Assembly: GCA_028695025.1 (NCBI GenBank)
Contig: JAQVJV010000001.1
Span: 21,201-85,200, forward strand
DNA: 64,000 nucleotides
Reading direction: 5' to 3'
Source of the DNA: Candidatus Moraniibacteriota bacterium
Lineage (GTDB): Bacteria > Patescibacteriota > Minisyncoccia > Moranbacterales > UBA11712
Every line of letters begins with the position of its first letter. The stretch's first letter is position 1. Below, one piece after another: positions 15,773 to 24,642 of this stretch. The position numbers were made by a program, and so were the translations under genes. Below the pieces are notes generated by a model, which saw nothing but the letters and a program-made list of their open reading frames with translations, was not told the origin of the DNA and ran no database searches.

Positions 15773-16868
15773 ATGCAGGAACTTCTGGAAAAACTGAAAG
15801 AGCTTCGCCAGCGAGTCGCTTCCGTAAGCGACTGTCTTTGACTTCCCAAAAAAGAAAAAGCGCATTGAAGAGCTGGAAAAAGAATCGAACACGGAAAATT
15901 TTTGGCAAAATCCCGACGAAGCGCAAAAAGTGATGCAAGAATTGGAAGGCCTGCGCGAAGACATCAAGACTTTGGGTGAAATGGAAACAAGCCTGGACGA
16001 TCTTTCGGAAATGGCAAATCTTGCCGCGGACGATTCCGAAATAAAAAAAGAAATCGAAAAACAGATCGGTTCGATCGGAAAAAATCTTGAAAAGATCGAG
16101 TTCGAAACCCTTTTCCGGGGAGAATACGACCGGAGCAACGCGATCCTTTCGATCCACAGCGGAACCGGGGGGGTGGACGCGCAGGATTGGGCGGAGATGC
16201 TCCTTCGGATGTATCTGCGGTTCGCCGAAAGAAAAAATTGGAAAGCCAAAGTCCTTTCCGAATCTCGCGGCCAGGAAGCCGGAATCAAAAGCGCAACGCT
16301 TGAAATTTCCGGAAAGATGGCCTACGGATATCTCAAAACGGAAGCCGGACTCCATCGCCTCGTGAGGCTCTCGCCCTTCAACGCCAAAAATCTCCGCCAG
16401 ACCTCATTTGCTTCAGTTGAAGTTTTGCCGGAAATTGATAAGATAGAATCAGTGGAAATCAATCCGGCCGACCTCAAGATTGATACCTTTCGTGCTTCAG
16501 GAGCCGGTGGTCAGCACGTGAACAAGACCGACAGCGCAGTGCGCATCACCCATTTGCCGACCAACCTTGTCGCCAGTTCTCAGAACGAGCGCAGCCAGCT
16601 CCAAAACAAAGAACAGGCCCTGAAAATTCTCACCGCAAAAATCCACCAGAGATATTTGGCCGAAAAAGAAGAACAAGAAAAAAAGCTGAAAGGCGAACAT
16701 GTTGAAGTTCAGTGGGGAAGCCAAATCCGGTCATATGTCCTTCATCCGTACAAGCTCGTGAAAGACCACCGCACAAAATTCGAATCCAAAAATCCGGAAG
16801 AAGTGCTGGACGGGAATATCGAAGGATTCATAGAAACATACCTCACCGGTCAAAATTCGCAAAAATAA
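15773..16868 (+). CDS. prfB: Peptide chain release factor 2, with a programmed +1 ribosomal frameshift at CTT-TGA-C (15836-15842)
   Basis: Frame 0 (MQELLEKLKELRQRVASVSDCL) ends at the in-frame TGA at 15839-15841 in the canonical CTT TGA C context. The +1 frame continues as DFPKKKKRIEELEKE...QELEG into the 15930..16868 ORF. That ORF carries the RF2 GGQ motif (SGAGGQHVNKTDSAVRITHLPT). Confidence 0.9.
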
Positions 16869-16880
16869 AAACACATACGC

Positions 16881-17567
16881 ATGATAGAATTTCGAAACGT
16901 CAAAAAAATATATTCCGCCGGCATAAACACCATTGCTCTTGATGATGTCAATTTTGTCATCGAAAAAGAGGAATTTGTTTCATTGGTCGGCCATAGCGGA
17001 GCCGGAAAATCAACGCTCCTCAAGCTTCTTTATGCGGAAGAAAAACCGACCTCGGGACAGATTTTTTTCAACGGCGAGGACATCACTCAACTCACCCCAA
17101 AGGAACTTCCTTTGCACCGCCGCCGGATCGGAACAATTTTTCAGGACTTCAAATTGCTTCCCCGAAAAACCCTTTTTGAAAATGTGGCTTTTGCCCTCGA
17201 AGTATCCGACCACTCTGACGCGGAAATTCAGGAGCTGGTTCCGCAAATTCTCGAGATCGTCGGCCTCGCGCACAAGATGGAATGCTATCCTCGGGAAATT
17301 TCCGGAGGAGAACAGCAGCGCGTGGCTATCGCTCGCGCCTTGGTCCACCGGCCGCCGCTCATCATCGCCGATGAGCCGACAGGGAACCTTGATCCGATCA
17401 GCAGCTGGGGAATCATCCAGCTTCTGCTCAAAATCAACAAGCTCGGAACAACGATTTTGCTCGCCACGCACAACAAAGACATCGTCAACCGCGTCAAACG
17501 CCGCGTCATCACCCTTGACCAGGGAAAAATCATTCGGGACCATAGCAAGGGAAGGTACGCGATATAA
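16881..17567 (+). CDS. ftsE: Cell division ATP-binding protein FtsE (ABC ATPase)
   Basis: Walker A (GHSGAGKST), ABC signature ([15 protein letters not shown]), and Walker B ([12 protein letters not shown]) are present. The gene sits in the conserved position upstream of ftsX. Confidence 0.85.
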   Translation: MIEFRNVKKIYSAGINTIALDDVNFVIEKEEFVSLVGHSGAGKSTLLKLLYAEEKPTSGQIFFNGEDITQLTPKELPLHRRRIGTIFQDFKLLPRKTLFENVAFALEVSDHSDAEIQELVPQILEIVGLAHKMECYPREISGGEQQRVAIARALVHRPPLIIADEPTGNLDPISSWGIIQLLLKINKLGTTILLATHNKDIVNRVKRRVITLDQGKIIRDHSKGRYAI

Positions 17568-17571
17568 TATT

Positions 17572-18483
17572 ATGTTACTAATCACCCTCAAGCGCACATT
17601 TCTTTCCGGATTCCAGCATTTCAAAAGAAACGGCTGGCTGAGTTTTGCCGTCACAAGCATCCTCTCACTCACCCTCCTCATCATCAGCACCCTGATCGTC
17701 CTTTCTCTCGCCGCCAACTTGGTGATCCGAAACGTCCAGGACAAGGTGGATATCAGCGTATATTTCAAAAGCGACACACCCGAGTCGAAAATTCTTGACT
17801 TCCGCTCGACTGTCCTTCAATACAAAGAAGTGAAGTCGTCCGAATATGTCTCCAAGAACCAGGCCTTCGACGATTTCAAGGAAAAAAATGCGGACAATCC
17901 CGTCATCCTGCAATCGCTCGACGCCATCGGCGACAACCCGTTGAACGCCTCGGTGAATATCAAAGCCATCACTCCGGACAAATACGACATCATTGCCACC
18001 GCCATCCAAAATTCCGCCTTCAAAGACGACATCATCCGCATCAACTACGCCAAAAACAAGCTTGTCATCGAACGGTTGAACAATATCCTTTCCATGACCC
18101 GCCGGGTGGGAATCACCTTGGCCGCGTTGTTCTCGCTCATCGCGATCCTCATCACTTTCAACGCCGTCCGCATCACCATATACGCCCATCGCCAGGAAAT
18201 CGAAATTATGCGGCTCGTCGGCGCATCCGACCGCTATATCCGCCTGCCTTTCATTTTCGAGGGAATCACCTACGGCGCGATTTCGGCCATATTCGTCATG
18301 TTTCTTCTTTTCCCGCTCATCCGCTTTGCCGTCCCGCATATCACCGGCGCGGTTTCCGTGAAGGACGTGCAATCCGATTTCATCCACTATTTCTGGCTGA
18401 TTTTCCTGGTCCAGCTTTTGGTCGGCGTAGGCTTGGGAATTGTGAGTAGTTTGATCGCCATCCGGAGATATTTGAAAATCTAA
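17572..18483 (+). CDS. ftsX: Cell division permease-like protein FtsX
   Basis: It starts MLLITLKRTFLSGFQHFKRNGWLS and has the FtsX topology: an N-terminal TM helix, a periplasmic domain, and three C-terminal TM helices. The ORF-track entry 16933..18483 is an artefactual upstream extension overlapping ftsE. Confidence 0.8.
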   Translation: MLLITLKRTFLSGFQHFKRNGWLSFAVTSILSLTLLIISTLIVLSLAANLVIRNVQDKVDISVYFKSDTPESKILDFRSTVLQYKEVKSSEYVSKNQAFDDFKEKNADNPVILQSLDAIGDNPLNASVNIKAITPDKYDIIATAIQNSAFKDDIIRINYAKNKLVIERLNNILSMTRRVGITLAALFSLIAILITFNAVRITIYAHRQEIEIMRLVGASDRYIRLPFIFEGITYGAISAIFVMFLLFPLIRFAVPHITGAVSVKDVQSDFIHYFWLIFLVQLLVGVGLGIVSSLIAIRRYLKI

Positions 18484-18486
18484 AAA

Positions 18487-18524
18487 TTTCCCCCATCATA
18501 AAGGGAAGCTAAGGGAAGATTTTG
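18487..18524. repeat. GC-rich palindromic repeat element, copy A (intergenic)
   Basis: tttcccccatcataaagggaagctaagggaagatttt is about 85% identical to the element at 30322-30361 inside a CDS. Confidence 0.45.
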
Positions 18525-18548
18525 AAAAGCCGGCAATCGGCTTTTTTG
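18524..18548 (+). terminator. Intrinsic terminator after ftsX
   Basis: aaaagccg-gcaat-cggctttttt: a GC stem followed by a T6 run. Confidence 0.6.
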
Positions 18549-18590
18549 CTTGATATTTTTGGAAAAATAATATAGAATTCATCGTGTTAT

Positions 18591-18661
18591 TGGGGTGTAG
18601 CCAAGCGGTAAGGCAATGGGTTCTGGTCCCATGATCCTAGGTTCGAATCCTAGCACCCCAG
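18591..18661 (+). tRNA. tRNA-Gln (anticodon CTG), without encoded CCA
   Basis: TGGGGTG acceptor (U1-A72 as in bacterial tRNA-Gln), anticodon stem-loop ATGGG-TTCTGGT-CCCAT, T-arm CTAGGTTCGAATCCTAG, and 3' CACCCCA-G. Confidence 0.8.
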
Positions 18662-19372
18662 ATGATAAAATTATTCAAAAATTATCCAGAAATAATTGCA
18701 GTTATGTCCGATAGAAAAGATGGTTCTATGCGGCTTTTTGTCGATGGCGTTTTGGATAAAAAATATGAGACAAACCGAACAAGTTTTTTTAAGGAAATCG
18801 GGATTGATTATAATAATGTTATCAGTGCCCACCTTGAGCATAAAACGGGCATAAAAAATATCAGGAATAATAAGAAAAAAATTATTCCCAAAACCGATGC
18901 CCTTGTTTCCAAGGAAAAGAATATATTTCTTTCCGTTACTTCAGCCGACTGCATTCCAATTTTATTCTATGAGCCAACAGTTAAGATAGTTGGAATCGCT
19001 CATGCTGGCTGGAGAGGCATTGTTAAAAAAATAGCCAATAAAACAATTGAAAAAATTATTGATCTTGGCGGAGATCCAAAAAATATTCGGGTGGCAATGG
19101 GCCCCGGGATAAACAAATGTCATTTCGACATCGGAAATCGTATCAGTAAACAATTCCTTCCATATTCAAAGCTGATCGACAAGAGAGGAGATAAATATTT
19201 CGTCGAATTAAAAGAAATAATCAATGAACAATTAATTGAATCCGGAATAGACAAAAGGAATATTGAAAATACGAGAGAATGTACATTTTGCAAATCAAAA
19301 AAATATTTTTCTTATCGAAAGGAAAAAGATCCAAATGTTGGACTAATGATTAGCTTAATTGGTATCAGATAG
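18662..19372 (+). CDS. YfiH/PgeF (DUF152, Cu-oxidase_4 / laccase-domain) family protein
   Basis: It has the family-specific HAGWRG motif (IVGIAHAGWRGIVKK), a conserved region (SADCIPILFYEP), and the N-terminal region IIAVMSDRKDGSM. The ORF begins 1 nt after the tRNA-Gln 3' end. This segment is markedly AT-rich. Confidence 0.65.
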   Translation: MIKLFKNYPEIIAVMSDRKDGSMRLFVDGVLDKKYETNRTSFFKEIGIDYNNVISAHLEHKTGIKNIRNNKKKIIPKTDALVSKEKNIFLSVTSADCIPILFYEPTVKIVGIAHAGWRGIVKKIANKTIEKIIDLGGDPKNIRVAMGPGINKCHFDIGNRISKQFLPYSKLIDKRGDKYFVELKEIINEQLIESGIDKRNIENTRECTFCKSKKYFSYRKEKDPNVGLMISLIGIR

Positions 19373-19457
19373 GATAATTTAGGAAATATGTTCGAACATC
19401 GTCCCACAATCGCAGCGGTGAAAATAATTTTGATAGCTAATTCCTACAAATAAAACA

Positions 19458-19646
19458 ATGGATATAAGTGCTCCGTTTTCAATATTATTAGGATTACTGG
19501 CTGTTGTTTTTATAATTATAGGCATAAGAGAAGTGATTATGTGGTATTGGAAAATAAACAGAATCGTAAAACTCCTGGAAAATATTGAAGAGAATACATC
19601 TAAACTTCTCCGAAAAAATAAGGATAAAAATTCTGATATTGAATAG
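19458..19646 (+). CDS. Small membrane protein (62 aa), hypothetical
   Basis: A single TM helix (FSILLGLLAVVFIIIGI) is followed by a charged tail. It is co-oriented with its neighbours in an AT-rich segment. Confidence 0.3.
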   Translation: MDISAPFSILLGLLAVVFIIIGIREVIMWYWKINRIVKLLENIEENTSKLLRKNKDKNSDIE

Positions 19647-19664
19647 ATCTTACCAAAATAATTT

Positions 19665-20057
19665 TTGAATAAACACATGAACAACCTCCCCGCGTTTTTT
19701 GCCGCTAATCCCTGGGTACTTGCCCTTATCGCGCTTTGGACCATCCCCTGGAAGGGCGTGGCGCTTTGGAAAGCGGCGAGAAACGAGCATACCGGCTGGT
19801 TTGTGGCCATCCTCATCCTCAACACTCTCGGAATCCTGGAGATAATCTACATTTTCTTTTTCTCCCGAAAGAGAGGAGCTATGGCAAATGTTCCATCCAG
19901 CGCGCCGATGAACATGCCGACAAATATTCCCGCCACTCCGCCAGCTGAAGCCCCAGTCGAAAAACCGATGGAAATGAAAAACCCCGAAGAAAGCGCGAAT
20001 ATTGAGGGAATAGCCGCGCCAACCGAAAAAATTGACGAGCCGCCGATTTCGCGCTAG
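19665..20057 (+). CDS. Small membrane protein, DUF5652-like (hypothetical)
   Basis: It has two TM helices with the PWKGVALWKAARN...WFVAILILNTLGILEIIYIFFF pattern I associate with DUF5652, then a Pro/Ala/Glu-rich tail. Confidence 0.35.
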   Translation: MNKHMNNLPAFFAANPWVLALIALWTIPWKGVALWKAARNEHTGWFVAILILNTLGILEIIYIFFFSRKRGAMANVPSSAPMNMPTNIPATPPAEAPVEKPMEMKNPEESANIEGIAAPTEKIDEPPISR

Positions 20058-20109
20058 AATTTATTTCCGGAGAGATGTTTTGATAATCATTTAACTAAAA
20101 TCCAAAAAT

Positions 20110-20382
20110 ATGTCCGAAACAAATATCCAGCCTCTTGGCGAAAATGTCCTCATCGAGCCTGTGAAGCAGGATACCAAAACCGCTTCCGGGATTGTTCTTC
20201 CCGACACAAGCGAAGAAAAACCGCAAGAGGGAACCGTGATTGCCGTCGGCGACAGCGACAAAATCAAGGTGAAGGCCGGCCAGAAAGTGATCTATTCCAA
20301 ATATTCCGGAAACGACATCAAAGTCGGGGACAAGGAGTATCTCCTGGTGAAAAGCGAGGATATCCTGGCGGTGGTGAAGTAA
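20110..20382 (+). CDS. groES: Co-chaperonin GroES
   Basis: 90 aa with the characteristic NIQPLGENVLIEPVKQDTKTASGIVLPDT...GTVIAVG...DIKVGDKEYLL pattern. No groEL follows it; the next gene is convergent. Confidence 0.9.
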   Translation: MSETNIQPLGENVLIEPVKQDTKTASGIVLPDTSEEKPQEGTVIAVGDSDKIKVKAGQKVIYSKYSGNDIKVGDKEYLLVKSEDILAVVK

Positions 20383-20441
20383 ATATATATTAATATATAT
20401 AAATGAAAAAGCAGGACATAATCCTGTTTTTTCATATTTCA

Positions 20442-21257
20442 CTATTCCGTTTTTCCACCTGCCGTTTTCCAATCAGCGAATGTCCCGTCAAGTTGGTATA
20501 TGTTGAAAAAATTGAGATCGAACAATTTCACCGCCGCCTGGAAAGAATCGACCGCGTCCGCGCCATAAACAACCACTTTCTGGACTGACGGAATTTTTTC
20601 TTTCTCGCTTTCAAGGTCGGAAAGGGGAATGTTTATCGCTCCGGCGATATGGCTGGCTTGGAACTTGCTTGCGCTTCGCACATCCACGAATTGCAAGGAA
20701 TCAGCCTCATTTTGTGCGTCCGCGAGGCTCATTTTTTTCACTTTCGCGTCATCCGTTTCCGCTTTTCCGGAAGAAACAAGGGGATAGCCATTCTCCATCC
20801 AATCGGCGATTCCGCCGCGGAGATATTGCGTATTCACAAAGCCTTCGGCCACCACCGCATTCGTTGCCTTTGCAAGTATTGCTAAATTGTCTCCCTGATT
20901 TATTAAAAATATATTTGACGTTTTTTCCGCGCCCAGCTCTTCAAAAAACTTGCGGTTCAGCCCGTCAGCGGAAACATTCACCGCGGTCGCGATATGCCCT
21001 TGATCAAAATCATCCGCGGGACTGATATCGATCAAAAAAACTTTTTTCTTGTCCTGGATCATTTGGAAAACATCATCCGCCATGACGGAAGGCGCTTTGA
21101 GAATTTCCGCGTTGTCGGACTGGCCTTTGCTTTCGCCGCCAAAAACCTTGTCTTTCCACCGCAAAACCGCCGGCTTGAGAAAATAGGCGGCGATGACCGC
21201 AACAATCAGCAAAAAGCCGATGAAAAACACTTTTGACTGGTCTTTTTCTTTTGTCAT
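20442..21257 (-). CDS. Membrane-anchored tandem rhodanese-like domain protein (predicted catalytically inactive)
   Basis: An N-terminal TM helix is followed by two rhodanese-fold domains (FLIDISPADDFDQGHIATAVNV... and QFVDVRSASKFQASHIAGAINIP...). The whole protein contains no cysteine, so the active-site Cys is absent from both domains. Confidence 0.65.
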   Translation of the reverse strand: MTKEKDQSKVFFIGFLLIVAVIAAYFLKPAVLRWKDKVFGGESKGQSDNAEILKAPSVMADDVFQMIQDKKKVFLIDISPADDFDQGHIATAVNVSADGLNRKFFEELGAEKTSNIFLINQGDNLAILAKATNAVVAEGFVNTQYLRGGIADWMENGYPLVSSGKAETDDAKVKKMSLADAQNEADSLQFVDVRSASKFQASHIAGAINIPLSDLESEKEKIPSVQKVVVYGADAVDSFQAAVKLFDLNFFNIYQLDGTFADWKTAGGKTE

Positions 21258-21260
21258 TTT

Positions 21261-22217
21261 TTACGCTAATATTTTTCCGATGAAATCCGGACGGCCTTTC
21301 AGAAAATCATCCGCCATCATTTCTTTTTTTCCTTCGAGTTGGATTTTTTTGAGGATTATCAAGCCATTTTCAGCCTGAACGGCAATTTTTTCCCTGTATT
21401 TAATCACCTCGCCGACAGTTTGAGCGGCATTCGTTCCCGGAATTATATTGATTTCAACCAATTTCATCCTTTTTGTGTTATTCTTATCGGGAAAAAAAGT
21501 GAATATTCCCGGCCAGGGCTGGAAAGCGCGCCACTTGTTGTATATTTTTTCCGCCGGCTCGCTCCAATCGATTTTTCCGTCTTCGCGACGGATGATTTGG
21601 CAGTAGGAAGCTTTGGCGCCATCTTGCGGCACGGCGCTGATTCCGCCGGCGACCCATTTTTCAATTGCCGGTCCGACCATAGCCGCGCCCATTTCAGCCA
21701 ACCGTTCCATCAACTGATCGGCTGTTTCATCGGATCTTATTTTCATCTTTTCCTGCGCCAGGATATCCCCCTCGTCCATTTTTTCGTCCATAAGGATCAG
21801 CGTGACTCCCGTTTCTTTTTCACTAGCGAGGATTGCCGCCGGAACCGGAGTGGGGCCGCGAAATTTGGGAAGAAGGGACGGATGGACATTGATCGCGCCG
21901 AATTTCGGAATTTCGAGGAGGCCTTTCGGCAATATTTTTCCATAGGCCGCGACCACAAACAGGCCGGGATCCAGCTTTTTTAATTCATCAACGACTTTTT
22001 CATCTTTCAAATTTTCCGGCTGAAAAATTTTTATTCTGTTTTCAAGGGCCGTTTTTTTGGCCGGAGAATATTCGATTTCTTGTTTTCTCCCGATTTTTTT
22101 GTCGGGCTGCGCCACAACCGCGACGACATCAAAATTGTTTTCAATCAGCGAACCGAGCACTGTCGCGCCGATCTCCGGCGTGCCGAAAAAAATGATTTTC
22201 GTGTTTTTATTTTTCAT
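21261..22217 (-). CDS. fmt: Methionyl-tRNA formyltransferase
   Basis: IIFFGTPEIGATVLGSLIENNFDVVAVVAQPDKKIGRKQ, the SLLPKFRG motif (HPSLLPKFRGPTPV), and the C-terminal Fmt domain. It overlaps def by 11 nt. Confidence 0.9.
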   Translation of the reverse strand: MKNKNTKIIFFGTPEIGATVLGSLIENNFDVVAVVAQPDKKIGRKQEIEYSPAKKTALENRIKIFQPENLKDEKVVDELKKLDPGLFVVAAYGKILPKGLLEIPKFGAINVHPSLLPKFRGPTPVPAAILASEKETGVTLILMDEKMDEGDILAQEKMKIRSDETADQLMERLAEMGAAMVGPAIEKWVAGGISAVPQDGAKASYCQIIRREDGKIDWSEPAEKIYNKWRAFQPWPGIFTFFPDKNNTKRMKLVEINIIPGTNAAQTVGEVIKYREKIAVQAENGLIILKKIQLEGKKEMMADDFLKGRPDFIGKILA

Positions 22218-22677
22218 TTCCTTTCATTGCCCGGTCGATCACCAAAATCCCGTCGAGGTGGTCGATTTCATGCTGAAGGACCCGGGCCAAAAAGCCGTCC
22301 GCTTTGATTTTCTGTTTTTCCCCCTCAAGGTTCAGCGTTTGCACTTTCACTTTGATCGGGCGTTCAACTTGAAAAAATTGGTTGGGAAAACTCAAGCATC
22401 CTTCTTCAAAAATATCTTTTTTTCGGGAATATGATTTTATTTCCGGATTGATAAGCACAAAAACCTCGCCTTCGACCGCCACTGTGCAGAGACGGAGATC
22501 CGACCCGACTTGCGGCGCGGCAAGGCCCACCCCTTTTTCCTCTTCCATGGCTTTCACCATATCCAAAACAAGCCGCTTGAATTTCGGATTTTTTATTTCT
22601 TCCTTCCTGACTTTTCGCGTTTTGCGGCGCAAAAAATCGTCCGGATATTTGACTATTTTCAACTTCTTGTTCTTCAT
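22207..22677 (-). CDS. def: Peptide deformylase
   Basis: GVGLAAPQVG, EGCLSFP and QHEIDHLDG motifs are present. The start is set at MKNKKLKIV (22675-22677); the ORF-track N-terminal extension to 22785 is rejected. Confidence 0.85.
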   Translation of the reverse strand: MKNKKLKIVKYPDDFLRRKTRKVRKEEIKNPKFKRLVLDMVKAMEEEKGVGLAAPQVGSDLRLCTVAVEGEVFVLINPEIKSYSRKKDIFEEGCLSFPNQFFQVERPIKVKVQTLNLEGEKQKIKADGFLARVLQHEIDHLDGILVIDRAMKGNEK

Positions 22678-22682
22678 ATTTT

Positions 22683-24614
22683 TCAAAAAAGCGTCACCGG
22701 ATCGACATCCACGCTCCAGCCTTTCCGCAATCCGCCCAAAACGGACCGGATGGGCAAATCGCGGATATTTTTTCCCGGATCGCATTTCAAAAGCAAATTT
22801 TTCTGGAAAAAACCTCTTTTTTGCCCGGAAAAAGGCTCATACGGAGCAAAAACGTCAACCTTATTATTACTAGTTGCCATCAATAAGTCAAATGTTTTTT
22901 TCATTTCCTTTTCGATATTTTTCTTTGATTTGTCCCGAAAAGCAACTTTCACCAACCTCGAAAAAGGGGGGAAGCCGTATCTCTTGCGGATAGCCAGCTC
23001 GTTTTTGTAGTATTTTTCTTTTTCATTTTTTTCAAAGTATTCAAGCGTCCGGCTTTTTTCGAAAAAAGACTGGAGAAAAACCGTACCTTTCCCGCCAAGA
23101 ATACTCTCCATCCGGGAAAGCCGCGCAAGGGAGAGGCTCCGCGATTCAAACTCGATTCCGTCCGCGAAATCCCGGCCGGAAATTGAAGCGGCAAGAGCCG
23201 TATTTTCCGAAAACAGCCCCTTCAAGACCGACTGCGTGCCAACCAGGATATCAACTTTTCCAACCGCGAAATTTTCCAGTATCTTCCTTGTTTTGGCAAC
23301 GCTTCGGAGAGTGTCCGCGTCCAAGCGAACCGTGCCGGCGCAGGAGAACAGTTTTTTTATTTTTCGCTCCACGGTTTGTGTTCCGATGCCGCGATGGGAA
23401 AACTGCAAACCGCCGCAAGCCGGACAGGCCGTGAAAAGGTCGGCTTTATACGCGCAATGGAGACATCGATATTGCCCCTCGGCCTCCGAAAAAACAAGGG
23501 CTCGGTTGCATTTCGGACACTTGAGAACTTTTTTGCAGTTTTCACAAATGGAACGGGTGGAAAAACCTCTCCGGTTCACGAAAACGACCGCCTGTTTTTT
23601 TTCTTTGATGGTTTTTGCCAATTGGCTGAAAAGTTCCGGAGAAATCGGAAAGTCCGGATTTTTCTTTTTTCCCCCGAGACTCACAATTTCGATTTTGGGC
23701 CGCCTGATTTCGGCCGTTTCCGGCTTGATATGTTCCAGATCTTTTCCCGCGCGGACGCGGATTTCCGCCGAAGGCCAGCCGCTCTCAAAAACAATCTTCG
23801 CTCCGGACAGGTCGGAAAGCGTTTCAGCGCACCAGACCGCCGAATAGCGCGGCATTGCCTCACTCTGCTTGAAAGACGGATCCTGCTCTTCCAAAACAAT
23901 GACGGTTCCAAGATTTTCAAAAGGCAGGAATACGCCCATTTTTGTCGCAATGATTATTTTTGTTTCGCCGGAATGGATTTTTTGCCAATATTCGCCGTAT
24001 TTTTTCTTGGTGATCTTTCCGTGGATCAAGGCTATTTCTTCGCCAAAACAATCTTTCCATTTTTGAAAAAGACTTTCGGCGAAAAACACTTCGGGAACAA
24101 GAATGAGGATTTGTTTTCCCCCGGAAAGGCATTTCAAAATCAAGGCCTTATTCACATCTTCCGCGTCCTGCGTCGGCGCTTCCAATAAAAATTTCTGTTT
24201 TTTGTTCGAGATTATTTTTTGGGCTATGCTGTTTTTTGTTTGAAGTATCTTTATTTTGCGATTATTGTTCGCTGTTCGCTGTTCACTGTTCGCTGTTTTT
24301 GCTGCCATCAGCTTTAAAACCGAACCCAAAGGAGCAAAATACCGCTCGGCAATTTTCCGGGCCAGTTCGATTTGATACGGCTTTATGGCGCCGGATTCAA
24401 CCACGCTTCTTATTTTTTTCAGTTTGAAATTTTTTGGAAATTCACCCGATTGCCTTGTTTCAATGACCACCCCCTCAATTTCCCGAAAATAGAAAGGGAT
24501 CTTCACAAGCGTCCCCGCCGGAAGTTCTTTTCCATGCCAATATGAAAAAACCTGTGTCCGAAGCACCGGCAGGGGAACAAGAGGAGCAACTTGGATGATA
24601 TGTTTTGATTTCAT
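22683..24614 (-). CDS. priA: Primosomal protein N' (PriA) homolog with degenerate ATPase motifs
   Basis: It has a 3'-DNA-binding-like N-terminus and the PriA Cys-rich zinc region (CENCKKVLKCPKCNRALVF...CLHCAYKADLFTACPACGG). Helicase domain conservation includes LSGGKQILILVPEV. At the Walker A position it reads EAPTQDAEDV instead of GxxGSGKT. At the Walker B position it reads VLEEQD instead of DE(E)H. Confidence 0.75.
   Translation of the reverse strand: MKSKHIIQVAPLVPLPVLRTQVFSYWHGKELPAGTLVKIPFYFREIEGVVIETRQSGEFPKNFKLKKIRSVVESGAIKPYQIELARKIAERYFAPLGSVLKLMAAKTANSEQRTANNNRKIKILQTKNSIAQKIISNKKQKFLLEAPTQDAEDVNKALILKCLSGGKQILILVPEVFFAESLFQKWKDCFGEEIALIHGKITKKKYGEYWQKIHSGETKIIIATKMGVFLPFENLGTVIVLEEQDPSFKQSEAMPRYSAVWCAETLSDLSGAKIVFESGWPSAEIRVRAGKDLEHIKPETAEIRRPKIEIVSLGGKKKNPDFPISPELFSQLAKTIKEKKQAVVFVNRRGFSTRSICENCKKVLKCPKCNRALVFSEAEGQYRCLHCAYKADLFTACPACGGLQFSHRGIGTQTVERKIKKLFSCAGTVRLDADTLRSVAKTRKILENFAVGKVDILVGTQSVLKGLFSENTALAASISGRDFADGIEFESRSLSLARLSRMESILGGKGTVFLQSFFEKSRTLEYFEKNEKEKYYKNELAIRKRYGFPPFSRLVKVAFRDKSKKNIEKEMKKTFDLLMATSNNKVDVFAPYEPFSGQKRGFFQKNLLLKCDPGKNIRDLPIRSVLGGLRKGWSVDVDPVTLF
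24266..24300 (-). repeat. Heptanucleotide tandem repeat (tgttcgc x4, one variant) inside the priA CDS
   Basis: Direct read: tgttcgctgttcgctgttcactgttcgctgttttt. On the coding strand, (gcgaaca)n encodes ...TANSEQRTANN... Confidence 0.7.
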
Positions 24615-24642
24615 TGGGAATTTAGAATTGTAAATTCAAAAT

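Noticed and set aside
16933-18483. 516-aa ORF-track entry spanning ftsE and ftsX
   Set aside because: The upstream 213 codons are an alternative frame over ftsE (S/R-rich nonsense). The real FtsX starts at ATG 17572, immediately after the ftsE stop.
18591-20060. Integrated element at tRNA-Gln with integrase
   Set aside because: No integrase or recombinase gene and no attachment-site direct repeat were found. Only the compositional shift is noted.
20383-20405. AT-only perfect palindrome after groES as a terminator
   Set aside because: It has no GC stem and no distinct T-run, so it is not a convincing intrinsic terminator. It is noted only as a curiosity.
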